This document shows positions 8,381 through 16,325 of a DNA stretch of 21,914 bases, one piece after another; position 1 is the first letter of the stretch; each line of letters starts with the position of its first letter. Made by a program: the position numbers and the translations under genes. Below the pieces are notes generated by a model. The model worked only from the letters and a program-made list of their open reading frames with translations, was not told the DNA's origin and did no database searches. Source of the stretch: an uncultured archaeon (GTDB lineage Archaea > Asgardarchaeota > Thorarchaeia > Thorarchaeales > Thorarchaeaceae); NCBI GenBank assembly GCA_964590575.1, contig CAZPWM010000049.1, positions 1 to 21,914 of the forward strand, written 5' to 3'.

Positions 8381-8732
8381 TATAATGGCAGCTCTCAGTG
8401 CTGTCATAATGGTTATGATAGTGTTCGTAATATTTTGGGCTTTGGATTTATCATCTATGAGTAGCATTTTTGGGGCCATCGGGGGTATGGTTGGCGGAGG
8501 TCTTGGTGCTACCTATCTTCGACGTTTCCAAGACGAGCGCTTCACTCAGATTATGAATCTCGCAGCACGCAATGCCTTTGTCTTTCTTGTGATAATTCTT
8601 CCCTTGAGTTCCATCGTACTCATTCGGGTTGAAGAGATTACACTTCAGATTACTGCAGGTCTGATATTTGTGCCATGGATATCGTCACTTGTAATACTCT
8701 ATCTGTCTTTATTCTATTATTATCGAAGGTAG
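8370..8732 (+). CDS. 4-TM membrane protein, DUF2178-like
   Basis: GAGGTGA before ATG 8370; QDERFTQIMNLAARNAF motif; C-terminal FYYYRR. Confidence 0.8.
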   Translation: MNRSIMAALSAVIMVMIVFVIFWALDLSSMSSIFGAIGGMVGGGLGATYLRRFQDERFTQIMNLAARNAFVFLVIILPLSSIVLIRVEEITLQITAGLIFVPWISSLVILYLSLFYYYRR

Positions 8733-8745
8733 AGGTGAATCTGAC

Positions 8746-9135
8746 GTGAGTTTAAAATTGTCAAATAAGACTCTAGTTATAATGGGGGTCCTCTTGGTCT
8801 TTGGATGGCTCATCGCACAGATCATTACTAGTTTTCTTTTCCCAACTTCAGAGATACCATTTTCCATCCCCTCATTCGGGGCAGAAGTTGTTTTTATTTC
8901 AGTGTTAATAGGATTCACTGTTTATGCTCAGAGATTCCGTGACGAACGCGCAATACAGATTTCTGACAAATCAACTCGTAATGGGTTTGCTTTCGTTCTC
9001 TTTGTAGTTCCAGTTGCACTCATTGGTCTTTCTGGCACTGACGTGTCTTCTGATGCTCTTCTTGCCCTAGCAATAATATGGATTAGTGCTGTTGTCTTCG
9101 CGGGTATATCTGCCTTCTATTACTACCACAGGTAA
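8746..9135 (+). CDS. 4-TM membrane protein, DUF2178-like, paralog of the upstream gene
   Basis: GAGGTGA before the GTG start; RDERAIQISDKSTRNGF; C-terminal FYYYHR. Confidence 0.8.
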   Translation: MSLKLSNKTLVIMGVLLVFGWLIAQIITSFLFPTSEIPFSIPSFGAEVVFISVLIGFTVYAQRFRDERAIQISDKSTRNGFAFVLFVVPVALIGLSGTDVSSDALLALAIIWISAVVFAGISAFYYYHR

Positions 9136-9153
9136 ATCAAGTTGTGAAGAAAA

Positions 9154-9171
9154 AGTGATGATAGCGGGTGG
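9154..9171 (-). repeat. distal copy of the tRNA-iMet 3' end (att-like direct repeat)
   Basis: AGTGATGATAGCGGGTGG versus AGTGATGGTAGCGGGTGG at 10628-10645; 17/18 identical. Confidence 0.75.
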
Positions 9172-9173
9172 TG

Positions 9174-10553
9174 TCAACTGGCAAGGTGTTTCATACAGTG
9201 TAGTGCGCTCCCCACCTGAACTCTAACAAGCTTCTGAATCGGAATTACTGTGAAATTTGTACCACTGAGAGTATTTTGTATGCCTGATGCAACATATTCA
9301 TCCATTTCCTGTTTGATATCCATCAGTTCCTTATCTTTACTAGGATGAATGATAGAGGCTTCATCACATAGTCTTGCCACCATTGCAGATCTTAGATATC
9401 CATAGTATCTAGAGGCTACCTTCAAGTCAAAGGCTTGAGCCACTGTGGCTTTCCCCTCATACATAGGAGAGTTCCTTGCATGTATGAATTCAGGCAATAC
9501 ACGATCCTCGAAGTTATCAGCCATGTCAGCTACTGAACTGAAGAGTTTGGAGCTAGTATCACAGTACTCCTGAATGCTGTCAAACTTCTCCTTGCTGTAT
9601 TGATACAGTTCAACTGTGAAATCTAGAGATTCGAAGACAAGTGAGCGTCGATCTTCGTCTGTGAACGAGCTGTCATCCAACGCATTGTCATAGAAATAGG
9701 GCATCTCACAGAGTAGTGTGAATCCACGATTTTTGGTGACTGTCTTTAAGTAGTCTGCAGATGATGTACCCCATTTTATGAGCTCCTGAGGATTCTCAAC
9801 TCCATTTGATTCATAGAAATCGTACATCTCTTGAATCCCAAACATCTCATAGATTCCTGGACTTAACTCCTTGATGTAGGGAGCTTCTGGTTCACCCTGA
9901 TGTAACGGTAGATTCTCTTTCCTCACAAGATTGACCAGATGTGGGTAGCTCTCCTCAATCTCTTGAGTGAGATAGAAATAGACTCCACAGAATCCTGCAT
10001 TATGAAGACTGAACATGAAATCCGGTTTGATTTCATCTATGAGGGACATCAACGCCTGCGTTTCAGGAGGTGTTTCAGTGAATGAGAGTTTCTTGTAGGC
10101 TACTGGAAAGGTCCACTCCATCTGTTCGTGTCCCGGAGGTCTGTAGTAATTCCTTGCGTATTTCACAGGATCAAATTTACCTTTGAACCAGCCTTCATTG
10201 AGAGCTGCACCATCTGGATCAATTGCCTTAATCAAATACCATGTGAAACCTGTTTGTTTGACCATGTCAGGATTCTCTGCGAGGTACTTGGACAGAAACT
10301 CAACAGTCATACTACCAATTGGTTCGTTTGGATGGGGAAAAGCAAAAAGAAGTGCATTACGATCTCCTTCACCTATTTTCATGCAGGATATTGGTCTTCC
10401 TTCTCTGGACTCTCCGATTTTCCTTAAGGTCATCTCAGAGAACTCATCCGCAAGTTCCGTACTGGATACATCAAGCTCCTTGACTGTCAGAAACTCTTTG
10501 TATTTAGGAACCGCATCTAGAACTTCGTCAATGTTCAACTCTTGCTCCTCCAC
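9174..10553 (-). CDS. M14-family zinc carboxypeptidase-like protein
   Basis: IGESREGRPI, HPNE (HxxE), DPDG, PETQALM, FSLHN motifs; GTG start. Confidence 0.88.
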   Translation of the reverse strand: MEEQELNIDEVLDAVPKYKEFLTVKELDVSSTELADEFSEMTLRKIGESREGRPISCMKIGEGDRNALLFAFPHPNEPIGSMTVEFLSKYLAENPDMVKQTGFTWYLIKAIDPDGAALNEGWFKGKFDPVKYARNYYRPPGHEQMEWTFPVAYKKLSFTETPPETQALMSLIDEIKPDFMFSLHNAGFCGVYFYLTQEIEESYPHLVNLVRKENLPLHQGEPEAPYIKELSPGIYEMFGIQEMYDFYESNGVENPQELIKWGTSSADYLKTVTKNRGFTLLCEMPYFYDNALDDSSFTDEDRRSLVFESLDFTVELYQYSKEKFDSIQEYCDTSSKLFSSVADMADNFEDRVLPEFIHARNSPMYEGKATVAQAFDLKVASRYYGYLRSAMVARLCDEASIIHPSKDKELMDIKQEMDEYVASGIQNTLSGTNFTVIPIQKLVRVQVGSALHCMKHLAS

Positions 10554-10627
10554 AGAGATTCACACAGTTCTTTGTGATACGAATCATCCTTATATCTTCG
10601 GATTATTAGTTAACAATAGTAAAGAAG

Positions 10628-10645
10628 AGTGATGGTAGCGGGTGG
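10628..10645 (-). repeat. tRNA-proximal copy of the att-like repeat (tRNA positions 64-76 plus 5-nt trailer)
   Basis: Matches 9154-9171 at 17/18. Confidence 0.75.
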
Positions 10646-10649
10646 ATGA

Positions 10650-10682
10650 TATTCCAGCCGACAGGATGACCCTGCACAGCTT
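10650..10682 (-). other. tRNA intron 3, T-loop, position 59/60, 33 nt
   Basis: Central helix TTCA/GGAA (3 of 4 pairs), bulges AA^A and TA^T, inner helix AGCTG/CGGCT, outer helix is the T-stem. Confidence 0.85.
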
Positions 10683-10704
10683 TTTGAACATCCGATCTCG
10701 GGGT

Positions 10705-10737
10705 TTCCCGAAGGCGGAACTCAAGCGTTGCCGCTTT
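10705..10737 (-). other. tRNA intron 2, canonical position 37/38, 33 nt
   Basis: Central helix CTCA/CGGG (one wobble, one mismatch), bulges TA^A and AA^A, inner helix AAG/CTT, outer helix is the anticodon stem. Confidence 0.85.
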
Positions 10738-10758
10738 TATGAGCCCCGCGGGATAGGC

Positions 10759-10789
10759 GTCGCCCGCACCCGGACGAGTCCGAGCAGGA
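10759..10789 (-). other. tRNA intron 1, D-loop, position 18/19, 31 nt
   Basis: Removal restores G18-G19; helix AGCC/GGCG (3 of 4 pairs), bulge AG^T, inner hairpin CTCGGA-ctcg-TCCGGG; relaxed motif without an outer helix. Confidence 0.75.
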
Positions 10790-10837
10790 CTGGCTTCCCC
10801 AACCCGCTATGTGTAGATTGAGTTTTGCTGATGTGAG

Positions 10838-10844
10838 TTTTAAA
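10838..10844 (-). promoter_or_regulatory. TATA box of the tRNA gene
   Basis: TTTAAAA 30-36 nt upstream of tRNA position 1. Confidence 0.6.
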
Positions 10845-10913
10845 GTTATTCGTAGAGCGCGAGGAATTGTCGGTTCATTTATCTGGCAAAATTGTATAGC
10901 AAGCAGGAAAGAG

Positions 10914-11519
10914 ATGGGTGATTCGAAGCTACTTGCAAAGTTCCATCGCTTATGCGATGACTACAAGGCTGAGTATGCCATAGAGGGAGTGGTTGAGGAT
11001 TTTGACACCATATATCCGGTGCCCCCAGAACGACTGACTCGAGGAATGACCCTTAACCTTGGAAACGAAACAAAACTTGTTGACTTTCACCTTACGAAAA
11101 GACCACCAGTGAATGTTGGAGACAAGGTGGTCGTCGTGGGAAGGAACTATTCAATTAGAGAGAGAAGTTTCTTGCCAGCTGTCATCCTGAGTCCAGAAGA
11201 GAAGTGGGTGTTGTTTTCGAAAGAGAATCTAGTGAAGAAACCAAACAAACTAGAACTTGTGATTATTCTGATAGGAGCAGTAGTTCTTATTGTTGAATGG
11301 TTGATTGCCAGTGTATTTGGCAGCTTTGGCATCGTCGCATATGGCAGCTTAGTACTCTTTCTCTTATTCTGCCCCCCTCCATATGTATTGAGCTATATAC
11401 AGAGACCTCGAATGTACAATTGCAGCGAACAAGAGTGTCGGTTACTCCTAGAGGAGATAGGAGGTAGATTTGCTCCCAGAGTGAAAGCAACTGAAAAACA
11501 AACTCGCAGGACCTTCTAG
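10914..11519 (+). CDS. hypothetical membrane protein (soluble beta-rich N-terminal domain plus 2 TM)
   Basis: Start moved to ATG 10914 because 10809 abuts the divergent tRNA and the extension covers its promoter; PVNVGDKVVVVG suggests a beta-barrel. Confidence 0.7.
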   Translation: MGDSKLLAKFHRLCDDYKAEYAIEGVVEDFDTIYPVPPERLTRGMTLNLGNETKLVDFHLTKRPPVNVGDKVVVVGRNYSIRERSFLPAVILSPEEKWVLFSKENLVKKPNKLELVIILIGAVVLIVEWLIASVFGSFGIVAYGSLVLFLLFCPPPYVLSYIQRPRMYNCSEQECRLLLEEIGGRFAPRVKATEKQTRRTF

Positions 11520-11905
11520 GATAGGTGCTCCTCATCAGCCAATTTGCTCTTCCTCTGTTTCTCTAGTCCTTCATTGCGTTCCTTGAACCATCTTGTCCAG
11601 ACATCATCTTGATCCCTTTTCTTATCAACAGGAGCTAGAAAACCTATGCAAAAAGACACGCCAAAAGCGAGAAGTAACATCCCCAATACAGACCCAATGA
11701 GGTAGGGCATGTTGACGAGGTAGAATGTTATCAAGTATAATGAAGCACCAGTATCAGTTGCTAAGATTGATAGAAATGCAAGTCGAAGCAGTGTTGATGT
11801 TTCAGAAAATCTATCCGAGTAAAGACGAAGAAGAATTACAATAAAGATAGTCATTAGTATAATTATCTCAATCATGACAACGATTGGACTGATGATAGAC
11901 GTCAT
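11516..11905 (-). CDS. hypothetical membrane protein (about 3 TM, charged tail)
   Basis: 129-aa ORF; convergent stops overlap at CTAG. Confidence 0.7.
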   Translation of the reverse strand: MTSIISPIVVMIEIIILMTIFIVILLRLYSDRFSETSTLLRLAFLSILATDTGASLYLITFYLVNMPYLIGSVLGMLLLAFGVSFCIGFLAPVDKKRDQDDVWTRWFKERNEGLEKQRKSKLADEEHLS

Positions 11906-11988
11906 TGAGAATCATCCTACTAACAGGGTGACTGTTACCTTATGTGAGGGATGAACAATCGTCCTAATACTTCGATATTAGATAGTGC

Positions 11989-13179
11989 TTACTTTACCTT
12001 TCGGGCGAACTCCTTTCCGAAGTTGAAAGCCTGGTCGAGTTCATCCTTATCTGGCACCCACTTCACTGTGAATGGCTCCATGACTATGTCCATCTTTCCT
12101 TTCTCCATGGACTCCTGAATCTTTTTCACAGCACCTCCACCCCAACCATAAGAGCCGAACGCGGCGCACTTCTTGCCAGCTGGTTTCAGCACTTCCAAGT
12201 CAGAGAGAACAGGAGCAGCAGTGGGCAGGATATCATTGTGCACAGTCGAACATCCTACGAGAATGCCTCTTGCTTCCAACATGTCAGCTATGATGTCACT
12301 GCGGTCACTTTGGGGAATTAGTTTCAAGATAGGTTCCAGACCTTCGCTGTGAACACCTTCAGCGATGGCACGTGCGAGTTTCGTGGTACTATTCCACATG
12401 GTGTCCCAAGTGATGACCACCTTGTCCTGCAACCTCTCACCCTTTGCCCATTCAAGATATCTAGTGACAATTTGAAGTGGGTCTTTGCGCCAAATCAGTC
12501 CATGTGAAGGGGCTATCATCTTGATTGGCAAGCCAAGTTCAACAACCTCCTCGATCTTTCTTTGGACCATCCTACTTAATGGCCAGAGAATGTTTGCATA
12601 GTATTTCTCAGCCTCTCGCCAGAGGACGTGTTGGTCCACCTCATCTGCGAACCGCTGCGCTGTAGCGTAATGCTGGCCAAAGGCGTCATTTGGCAACAAG
12701 AGTTGTTCTTCTACATAGTAGGTGAACATAGACTCCGGCCAGTGAAGCATCGGTGCCTCATAGAATCGGAGTGTTTTTCCTCCCAGGTCTAGTTCATCAC
12801 CTGTCTTGACTGTTTGAATATTCCAGCCATCTTCATAGTGTTTTTTGAGTTGGTCAACAGCTTTTGATGTACAGATTAGTTTGGCATCTGGAGCCATCTT
12901 GAGAATATTAGGCGTTGCTCCGGAATGGTCCATCTCGGTGTGGTTAGATATCATGAAATCTATTTTCTGAGGGTCAATCACTTTGGAGATTCTGGTAAGC
13001 ATCTCATCAGTAAAAGGACCCATTACTGAGTCAACAAGTGCGATTTTCTTGCCGACTATCAGATATGCATTGTATGTAGTACCATGATGTGTTGAATAGC
13101 TATAACCATGGAAGTATCGGATGTTGTAATCTAATGCTCCAACCCAGTATACACCTTTCATAATTTCAAATGGTTCCAT
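11989..13179 (-). CDS. fprA: flavodiiron protein (FprA / A-type flavoprotein)
   Basis: GTTYNAYL, HTEMDH, PMLHWPES, DAFGQH, APSHG, flavodoxin TMWNST and FGSYGWGGGA; start MEPFEI at 13179 with GAGGCGG upstream. Confidence 0.95.
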   Translation of the reverse strand: MEPFEIMKGVYWVGALDYNIRYFHGYSYSTHHGTTYNAYLIVGKKIALVDSVMGPFTDEMLTRISKVIDPQKIDFMISNHTEMDHSGATPNILKMAPDAKLICTSKAVDQLKKHYEDGWNIQTVKTGDELDLGGKTLRFYEAPMLHWPESMFTYYVEEQLLLPNDAFGQHYATAQRFADEVDQHVLWREAEKYYANILWPLSRMVQRKIEEVVELGLPIKMIAPSHGLIWRKDPLQIVTRYLEWAKGERLQDKVVITWDTMWNSTTKLARAIAEGVHSEGLEPILKLIPQSDRSDIIADMLEARGILVGCSTVHNDILPTAAPVLSDLEVLKPAGKKCAAFGSYGWGGGAVKKIQESMEKGKMDIVMEPFTVKWVPDKDELDQAFNFGKEFARKVK

Positions 13180-13290
13180 AAAATCCGCCTCAAGATGAGG
13201 AATGTAGTTGGCAGATATAAAGAAAAGCATCTGTCCAAAGAAAGTAGAGAATTCTAAATGTGTGATTTGAGGAGCATGCAAAATCTCTCA

Positions 13291-13710
13291 CTAAGCCAGC
13301 ATATAGCTGTTCGGATCAAGTGAACTGTCAACACGGTAATTCCAGTCAGACGAGTCGGTTTCAAAGCTCTGGAGACCATGGCTGCGGTTTATCCAACGCC
13401 AACAGGCCACAGCCCCCACCATCTCAAGTTGATACAGATTGGCCTTGGTGGCATTATATCTTATTTCAAGGAGAGTACCTTCTGGAAGCCTGTCAATATC
13501 GCCTACGTCAAGAAACGTACGTCCTTTGTTGTCCTTCTCTCCACGTCGAGAGAGAAAATACCTGATTGCTCCACCGTTAGCGGGGTTCTTCATGATCACC
13601 GCAACATGCGGTCGAGCCACAGGGTCCCACCATCGGGGGATACCAGGACGTCTGATCACATAGTCAGCGACTGGTTCAATCCGGTTGGGTATGTTCATCT
13701 GAATAGTCAT
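13291..13710 (-). CDS. hypothetical protein
   Basis: 139-aa ORF with GGAGAGG directly upstream and CTTATATA about 30 nt upstream. Confidence 0.7.
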   Translation of the reverse strand: MTIQMNIPNRIEPVADYVIRRPGIPRWWDPVARPHVAVIMKNPANGGAIRYFLSRRGEKDNKGRTFLDVGDIDRLPEGTLLEIRYNATKANLYQLEMVGAVACWRWINRSHGLQSFETDSSDWNYRVDSSLDPNSYMLA

Positions 13711-13941
13711 CCTCTCCAGTGATAGAGTTGCAGTTTCTCTATATAAGGGGGCATCGCGTATTACGACACCTCTGGGGCCTCATTCTGATGCACTCTGAGG
13801 TCACTCTAAACTGTTAGTAATACCTAGGACTGGAAGTCACTGCAGTGGAAAGTAAGGGAAGTAAATGTAAGAAATTGGCTACTTAACAAATGGCCACAAT
13901 TGAGACTCTGGCCGAGTGTAAACTCAGCGACTAATCATCTG

Positions 13942-14253
13942 TCATGTGTCCTCTTCTAATGGAAAACCCACCACTAACGGTCTTCCTTCATAGATTGACC
14001 GTGTTACCTTCTCCCTTGCGCTGGCAAGGAGTCTCCAGATGGTACCTCGTGAAACGCCCATCTGTTTACCAGCCTGTTCTTGGTACAATCCCTCCAAGTC
14101 AACAAGACGAAGTACTTCTACCTCTGCCAGATCGATGTGAATTGGTACTTCGGTGCCTGAAGGTTCGGGGGTCATTTTTTCTGCTCTAGGCTTACGTCCT
14201 ATTCTGGGTTGTATCGGGAACCTACCGCGGCCACCTTTTCTTCGCCTTTGCAT
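13942..14253 (-). CDS. DUF134 (UPF0251) HTH protein
   Basis: EVEVLRLVDLEGLYQEQAGKQMGVSRGTIWRLLASAREKV...EGRPL. Confidence 0.88.
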   Translation of the reverse strand: MQRRRKGGRGRFPIQPRIGRKPRAEKMTPEPSGTEVPIHIDLAEVEVLRLVDLEGLYQEQAGKQMGVSRGTIWRLLASAREKVTRSIYEGRPLVVGFPLEEDT

Positions 14254-14464
14254 TTCAATCCCCTGATATATATGACAGAGGTTTCTTATTACCGTTTGTA
14301 GACATTATAGATGGCATATTTTGATTGCTCAAATGCACATTTTAATGACTAACTAACTCCTTAATTTTTGACTCTGTATAGACCTTAATGACTATATTCG
14401 CACCAAAGTGAAGTGTTTATCTCTTGGTAGGGGAATGGAATTAATATCAATGGAGACGCCTCTC

Positions 14465-15682
14465 ATGGGATTCAGTGTTGGAATAGTTGGAAAACCCTCA
14501 AGCGGCAAGACGTCATTCACGAATGCCGCCTGCATGACTGATTTCAAGGTGGGAAGTTATCCTTTCACAACAATAGAGGCCAATGTTGGTGTGGCTCATG
14601 TTCGTACCAGATGTGCTTGTGCAGATTTTGATGTGAAAGATGATCCTCAGAACTCGTTATGTGTTGATAGAGTTAGACTAGTCCCTATCAAACTGATCGA
14701 TGTTGCAGGATTGGTCCCTAGAGCACATGAAGGTCGAGGGATGGGAAATCAGTTTCTTGATGATCTCAGACAAGCAGATGTTCTCATTCATATTGTAGAC
14801 ATAAGCGGGGGTCTTGATTCAGAAGGACAAGAAGTTGCTGCGGGGAGTTACGACCCAGTCGATGATGTGAAATTTTTAGAAGAGGAATTAGTAGAGTGGA
14901 TGTTGAGTATAATTCAGAAAGATTGGCGACGGATTACTGGTCGCGTTAGATCTGAAGGAGCCAAGCTTGAAGAACTACTTCTGGAAAAATTGTCAGGACT
15001 GAAGATAACAAGAGGACACATTCTCAAAGCAATGAGAAATTTGGACCTCAAGGGAGAAACTGTAGACAAATGGACGGATGAGGAGACACGAGAGTTCGTG
15101 CTTACGTTACGGAAAATTGCAAAACCGATTATTATAGCTGCAAACAAGATTGATCGACCAAATGCCGAAGATAACTTCAAACGCATGAAAGAAACATTTC
15201 CCGACTATCTAGTGGTGCCTGTAAGCGCCCTTACAGAGAAAGTACTGAAAGATTTAGAAAAGAAGGGCATAATCAAGTACATACCTGGTGATGATGACTT
15301 TGAAATTCTGAAGCCAGAAAGCTTGAAGGAGTCTGAGCTTGACCAGTTAGCGAAGATTAAGGAGCATATCCTAAAGAAGTATGGAGGGGCTGGAGTACAA
15401 AACCTGTTAAACAGTGCTGTGTTTGATTACTTACACATGATGACTATATACCCAGTCCATGACGTCAATTCGCTCACCGATAGTGATGGAAATGTGCTTC
15501 CTGATGTGTTTCTTGTTCCAGAAGGTACAACTGCTAAGGAGTTTGCAGGACATATACACACGGACCTCATGGAGTCCTTCATCCATGGCATAGATGCTCG
15601 GACAAAGATGAGAATTAGTGATAAACATGTGCTAAAAGACCGAGATGTCATCAAAATTGTAAGCGCCAAAGGGTCGAAATGA
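14465..15682 (+). CDS. ychF: OBG-family YchF-like ATPase/GTPase, archaeal type, with TGS domain
   Basis: GKPSSGKT, YPFTTIEAN, DVAGLV, GMGNQFLDDLRQAD, NKID, LPD...HIHTDL; start at MGFSVG. Confidence 0.93.
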   Translation: MGFSVGIVGKPSSGKTSFTNAACMTDFKVGSYPFTTIEANVGVAHVRTRCACADFDVKDDPQNSLCVDRVRLVPIKLIDVAGLVPRAHEGRGMGNQFLDDLRQADVLIHIVDISGGLDSEGQEVAAGSYDPVDDVKFLEEELVEWMLSIIQKDWRRITGRVRSEGAKLEELLLEKLSGLKITRGHILKAMRNLDLKGETVDKWTDEETREFVLTLRKIAKPIIIAANKIDRPNAEDNFKRMKETFPDYLVVPVSALTEKVLKDLEKKGIIKYIPGDDDFEILKPESLKESELDQLAKIKEHILKKYGGAGVQNLLNSAVFDYLHMMTIYPVHDVNSLTDSDGNVLPDVFLVPEGTTAKEFAGHIHTDLMESFIHGIDARTKMRISDKHVLKDRDVIKIVSAKGSK

Positions 15683-15885
15683 CTTACAAGAAACCATCTA
15701 AAATAGAGTGTATCTGTTCTTCTCTATCCAATTTATGCTCACCAATTTTCTATGATTTCTTATGGATGTATTGATACCGATTCGTCACGTTGCATATTCA
15801 ATCCAAGCTTTACAATCACAGTGTGCGCTCTCAGATGTCAGCATGATTCAGTACTAGAAAGAAAAACTGTGATGGGTGATTAACA

Positions 15886-16308
15886 TTGGAGATTTTCGCA
15901 ACCCTTGATGACGCTAAAGATACTGGCGGTTTCCTAGCCAGATGTGGCCACTTCCCCACAATATACAAACGCCTCGATCATGAATATATTCTCGTTAGCA
16001 AGGGGGAGTGGCCTCCAAAAAAGTCTTGGCCGTTTCTAAAATGGGATGGAGAGGATTGGGTGCCTGTACTAGCACGATTAGATACCTTACAAATGGCTCA
16101 GGAAGCTACAGGATTATTTGTTCTACTTGGGCATGATCCGGTAGTTGTCGAGTTCCCTGGAATAACCTTTGACATCTTCTTGAAAGAATCACATGTACCT
16201 ACAGGTGCTTGGATTATCACAGAATCTAATCTCTATTATTCAGTGAAACACATCAAACCTCCAAATCAATACGAGGATGAAGAGCCTGTCGATATTCTAA
16301 CTCAATAG
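15886..16308 (+). CDS. hypothetical protein with an internal two-fold repeat
   Basis: GGGTGA before the TTG start; 61-residue periodicity. Confidence 0.75.
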   Translation: MEIFATLDDAKDTGGFLARCGHFPTIYKRLDHEYILVSKGEWPPKKSWPFLKWDGEDWVPVLARLDTLQMAQEATGLFVLLGHDPVVVEFPGITFDIFLKESHVPTGAWIITESNLYYSVKHIKPPNQYEDEEPVDILTQ

Positions 16309-16325
16309 CAGGTCTTCTATTGACA

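Larger units (their letters stand above)
10633..10808 (-). tRNA. initiator tRNA-Met (CAT) with three introns and encoded CCA
   Basis: Removing three introns gives a complete 79-nt cloverleaf: AGCGGGT TG GGGA AGCCAGGCCTA TCCC G CGGGG CTCATAA CCCCG AGATC GGATG TTCAAAT CATCC ACCCGCT ACCA. A1:U72 and G29-31:C39-41 mark it as the initiator. Confidence 0.93.

Noticed and set aside
10809-10913. N-terminal extension of the 236-aa ORF
   Set aside because: It abuts tRNA position 1 and covers the tRNA TATA box; ATG 10914 is more plausible.
11921-11937. TAACAG-N5-CTGTTA inverted repeat
   Set aside because: Single 6-bp IR with no second copy; insufficient support.
13775-13941. Box C/D-like words (TGATG/CTGA, ATGATTA/CTGA) suggesting an sRNA
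   Set aside because: No complete C-D'-C'-D layout with guide-length spacers.
15752-15883. 43-aa Cys-containing micro-ORF (MISYGCIDT...)
   Set aside because: No SD sequence or motif; it runs over the next gene's SD; probably spurious.
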